Assembly: GCA_963713855.1 (NCBI GenBank)
Contig: OY970209.1
Coordinates: 1,120,001-1,184,000 of the forward strand
Source of the DNA: an uncultured bacterium
GTDB taxonomy: Bacteria > Babelota > Babeliae > Babelales > Babelaceae
Direction of reading: 5' to 3'
DNA: 64,000 nucleotides
Under the pieces are notes generated by a model that saw only the letters and a program-made list of their open reading frames with translations, made no database searches and was not told where the DNA came from. Positions 61,193 through 64,000 of the stretch are shown here, one piece after another (position 1 is the stretch's first letter; every line of letters begins with the position of its first letter). Position numbers and translations under genes: made by a program.

Positions 61193-62959
61193 TTACCTAA
61201 TGAAGCCGGTAATGTGCTCAATGATTTCTGAAGGTATGCCCCGTGCACCCGCTTCTTCACGAACTCTGGACGTACTTTCAAGCTGGATTCTTGCAAGCCG
61301 TGCCTGTTGGTGCCTTTGAAGAAATGTAAAGACCTCATTATAGCGGGCTTCTTGTGGTGGACTTAAAGGCGTATTTTCAAGCTTATTTTTAAGGGCGTTG
61401 CCTGCCTCAACTACATTGAGGTATGGTCGAAGAATGAGGATGCGAATAATAATATCTAAATGACCGCCCAGCGCAGCTTTGAGAAGAGCATTCTTTAAGT
61501 TTTCCTCCGAGATCGTTGCATGTGTATAGAAAAAATCAAGCAGTTCTAGCTGACCTTGCTCTGCGGACTCAACAAATAAATCACCTATCATGTCCGATGA
61601 TAGGGCCCCAAGTTCTAGGAGGGTTGTAAAAATAGGTAAGCTTCCCCAAATAACCGCGTTGCGTATGAGTGATTGGAGGGCCAGTGGTGAAATTTTACCT
61701 GTTTTATAGAGAAATCGTAAGGTATCGAGCGAGTTAGTGCGCGCTGCAAGATGCATCGCCACGCCAAGAATGTTATTTTCAGGATTCCAGCTACTGTAAA
61801 AATACGAAAGAATTTCATCATGCCCTAATTGCGAAGCTCGGATAACTGCAACGTCTCTAGTTTGCTGGCTAATAATGCTTCCAAAGTTATCAACTATAAA
61901 TGCTACAATGTGCATATTTCCACGGCCAAGTGCAAAAAGTAAGTATTCTTGCATTTGTAATTGATCTATTGGCTGACCAAGTTTGCTTAATTCTTTAAAT
62001 ACGGTATCATTATCCCTCACCACGAGAGCTTTTATGATAGGGTTTTCAAACAGCGTACTTGTATTAATGATTCCTACGATGTACTCTCTGTTTTCTTCGC
62101 TGAGCGTATTCAAGTCTGCACCAAATACAAGTAAGCGATATAACGCGGGCGAAGCTGTGGCTCTATCGATTTCGTTTGCTTGCAGCATAGCGAGTAGCCT
62201 TGCGAGTGCCGTTTTAGGAGGCTCGGGAGCTTGCGCATTAACATCGGCGCCTTGTGAAAGCAAGGTGGATAGGTTTGGCTGATCGAGATAAGCAATAGCA
62301 TAATTGAGCGCAGTGATTTTTCTGTTACTTTGGAGATTGACATAGGCACCGCTATCAGTGAGAAGATCAATCATCTGCGAATTATTCGGCACCGTTACAG
62401 CCACATGTAGAGGAGTAAATCGCACGTTTTGCGGATTAAGGTCAGTTCCCTGATCGATAAGTGATTTTAAAATTTTGAGTGCATTGTCACGATCATTCTC
62501 GGCGCGGCCATGAAAAAGCAGAATTCCAACTTCTAATGGAGTAAGCGCCGACATTTTAAGATGCTGCCACCAGGGATTTAAAAAATAACCACCGTTGTCC
62601 AATGAATTTTGAGCATCGTTATCTCTTAAGTTAGGGTCAGCTCCAAAGTTAAGAAGAAGAATCACCATGTCAGGATTATTTCCATAAACGGCTCTATGTA
62701 GGGGGGTTAAGCCATGTTCATCACGCGCGTTAACGTTTGCATCATGATGCTTGATGAGCTCGAAAGCAAGATCTATATTTCCATCAACAATTGCTTTAAA
62801 AAGCTGACCAGTAGATTGGCCACTATATCTTTTTTCTCTTTTTACTGACGAGATCGGAATTGAAGGCTCAGGAGCTTTTCTTTTTTTGTTATCATTACCC
62901 TCAACTTCATAGGTCAAAACCAACAAAGATAGAAACGCCACGAAAATAGTCATTTTCAT
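61193..62959 (-). CDS. Secreted ankyrin repeat protein with NLS-like N-terminus and F-box-like C-terminus
   Basis: Signal peptide, KKRK...KREKR, GLTPLHRAV, FTPLHVAV, ends GIPSEIIEHITGFIR; colinear with 12360. Confidence 0.88.
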   Translation of the reverse strand: MKMTIFVAFLSLLVLTYEVEGNDNKKRKAPEPSIPISSVKREKRYSGQSTGQLFKAIVDGNIDLAFELIKHHDANVNARDEHGLTPLHRAVYGNNPDMVILLLNFGADPNLRDNDAQNSLDNGGYFLNPWWQHLKMSALTPLEVGILLFHGRAENDRDNALKILKSLIDQGTDLNPQNVRFTPLHVAVTVPNNSQMIDLLTDSGAYVNLQSNRKITALNYAIAYLDQPNLSTLLSQGADVNAQAPEPPKTALARLLAMLQANEIDRATASPALYRLLVFGADLNTLSEENREYIVGIINTSTLFENPIIKALVVRDNDTVFKELSKLGQPIDQLQMQEYLLFALGRGNMHIVAFIVDNFGSIISQQTRDVAVIRASQLGHDEILSYFYSSWNPENNILGVAMHLAARTNSLDTLRFLYKTGKISPLALQSLIRNAVIWGSLPIFTTLLELGALSSDMIGDLFVESAEQGQLELLDFFYTHATISEENLKNALLKAALGGHLDIIIRILILRPYLNVVEAGNALKNKLENTPLSPPQEARYNEVFTFLQRHQQARLARIQLESTSRVREEAGARGIPSEIIEHITGFIR

Positions 62960-63054
62960 AATTACAACCTTAGAATGCTATTTAATTCAATACTAAATTA
63001 AATTATTACAAATAGTCAAGATATAATGATTAACGTTCACCGATAAGAAACTTA

Positions 63055-64000
63055 TTAAATTAAATATCTGCTACGATCGGGTGTAGGTTCAAGCGCTGCC
63101 GACTGCGTTTGATGGGCTTGTTGATCAGAAACGAGGCTGTATAAATAGAGCCAAATGTTTATGTTCCCCCACTCAAAAGCCTGCTCTGCAACCACTTGGA
63201 TAGTTTGAGCTGAAATGCGTCCCGTATTATAAAGATATTCAAGTGTGTCTAACTGACAAGCGCGAGCCGATAATACAAATGCCAACTCCATAATGTCATC
63301 AGCTATAGTAAAACTGCTATGAAAATAAGCGAGCGCTTCTTCGTTTCCTATTTGAGCAACTCGAAGAAACGCCATATTTCTTATACCTTGGCTAATTTTT
63401 CTACCAAACACCCTCAACATAAACTTTATCAATGGGATATTCCCCTGCCCTGTTGCCAAAAGAAAGTACTTTTGCAATGTTTCCTCAGTCAAGCCCGCGT
63501 TGCAAATGAGCTTTTCACAAGCTTCTCTCTGATTACCACGAATAACAGCATTAATAAAAGGGTCATTCAACAATTCCACGTTTGGTAAAGAAAGAAGCTC
63601 ATTAATTTGCGCATCGTCTAGATGAGCTCCAAAAGAAAGCAAGTCAAATAAGATTTTATTAATTTCGGGGAAGCCCAAGCGACTTTTAAGCATAAAAAGC
63701 GCTGTTGCAAGCATTGTGTGTCCGTTAATATTCGGCTCATTAACATTGGTTCCGTAAGCCAAAAGTGATGATACATTGTCAAAGTTAGCGTAAGTAATGG
63801 CTAACTGGCATGGCATTATACCCATACTGTTTTTGAGGTTAACGTAAGCACCGTGCTCTATTAGGAGGTCTATCAAGCATTTTCCAGAATAAAGGGTCGA
63901 GGCAACATGAAGAGGAGTTAACGGAACTCCTTGTGGATTAAGCTCTATTCCACTACTAATGAGGAACTTGACGATCTCAAGACGTTTTGAGCGCTCATCA
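63055..64000 (-). CDS. Ankyrin repeat protein, 5' end beyond the window
   Basis: The frame stays open to the window edge (...LNPQGVPLTPLHVASTLYSGKCLIDLL); paralog of 61193 with a shorter C-terminus. Confidence 0.85.
   Translation of the reverse strand, partial: DERSKRLEIVKFLISSGIELNPQGVPLTPLHVASTLYSGKCLIDLLIEHGAYVNLKNSMGIMPCQLAITYANFDNVSSLLAYGTNVNEPNINGHTMLATALFMLKSRLGFPEINKILFDLLSFGAHLDDAQINELLSLPNVELLNDPFINAVIRGNQREACEKLICNAGLTEETLQKYFLLATGQGNIPLIKFMLRVFGRKISQGIRNMAFLRVAQIGNEEALAYFHSSFTIADDIMELAFVLSARACQLDTLEYLYNTGRISAQTIQVVAEQAFEWGNINIWLYLYSLVSDQQAHQTQSAALEPTPDRSRYLI

Noticed and set aside
1..64000. Eukaryotic or giant-virus origin
   Set aside because: SD motifs, sigma70-like promoters, ATGA-coupled operons and TA modules point to a bacterium.

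Overview
A gene-dense accessory region of a bacterium (genetic code 11, SD-like motifs, toxin-antitoxin loci) with no housekeeping, rRNA, tRNA or CRISPR features that I could detect. The content resembles that of protist-infecting intracellular bacteria such as Babelota/Ca. Dependentiae (inference). Almost every gene has a Sec-type signal peptide. Family 1: 11 intact beta-propeller genes, 1 frameshifted gene and several decayed remnants, all built from a ~46-48 aa blade (SYxLPxGSxxPxSVAFSPxGxYLATANxxSNDVTVF). Blade counts are 7, 14 or 21 with one exception. Each protein ends either in a Gly-zipper TM helix plus a conserved short tail or in a Ser-rich, GPI-signal-like tail. Family 2: about 11 ankyrin or ankyrin-like proteins, many with a Met-Glu predicted mature N-terminus, NLS-like motifs or C-terminal F-box-like motifs, making them candidate host effectors. 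The window also holds small Cys-rich secreted proteins, a helical repeat I do not recognise shared by three genes, an intact vapBC pair with an operator palindrome, a decayed RelE/HigB-type TA pair with an RHH antitoxin, and an AlbA_2/HATPase/HTH gene preceded by an ACTCA/TGAGT array. All product calls come from motif reading by eye, not database searches.
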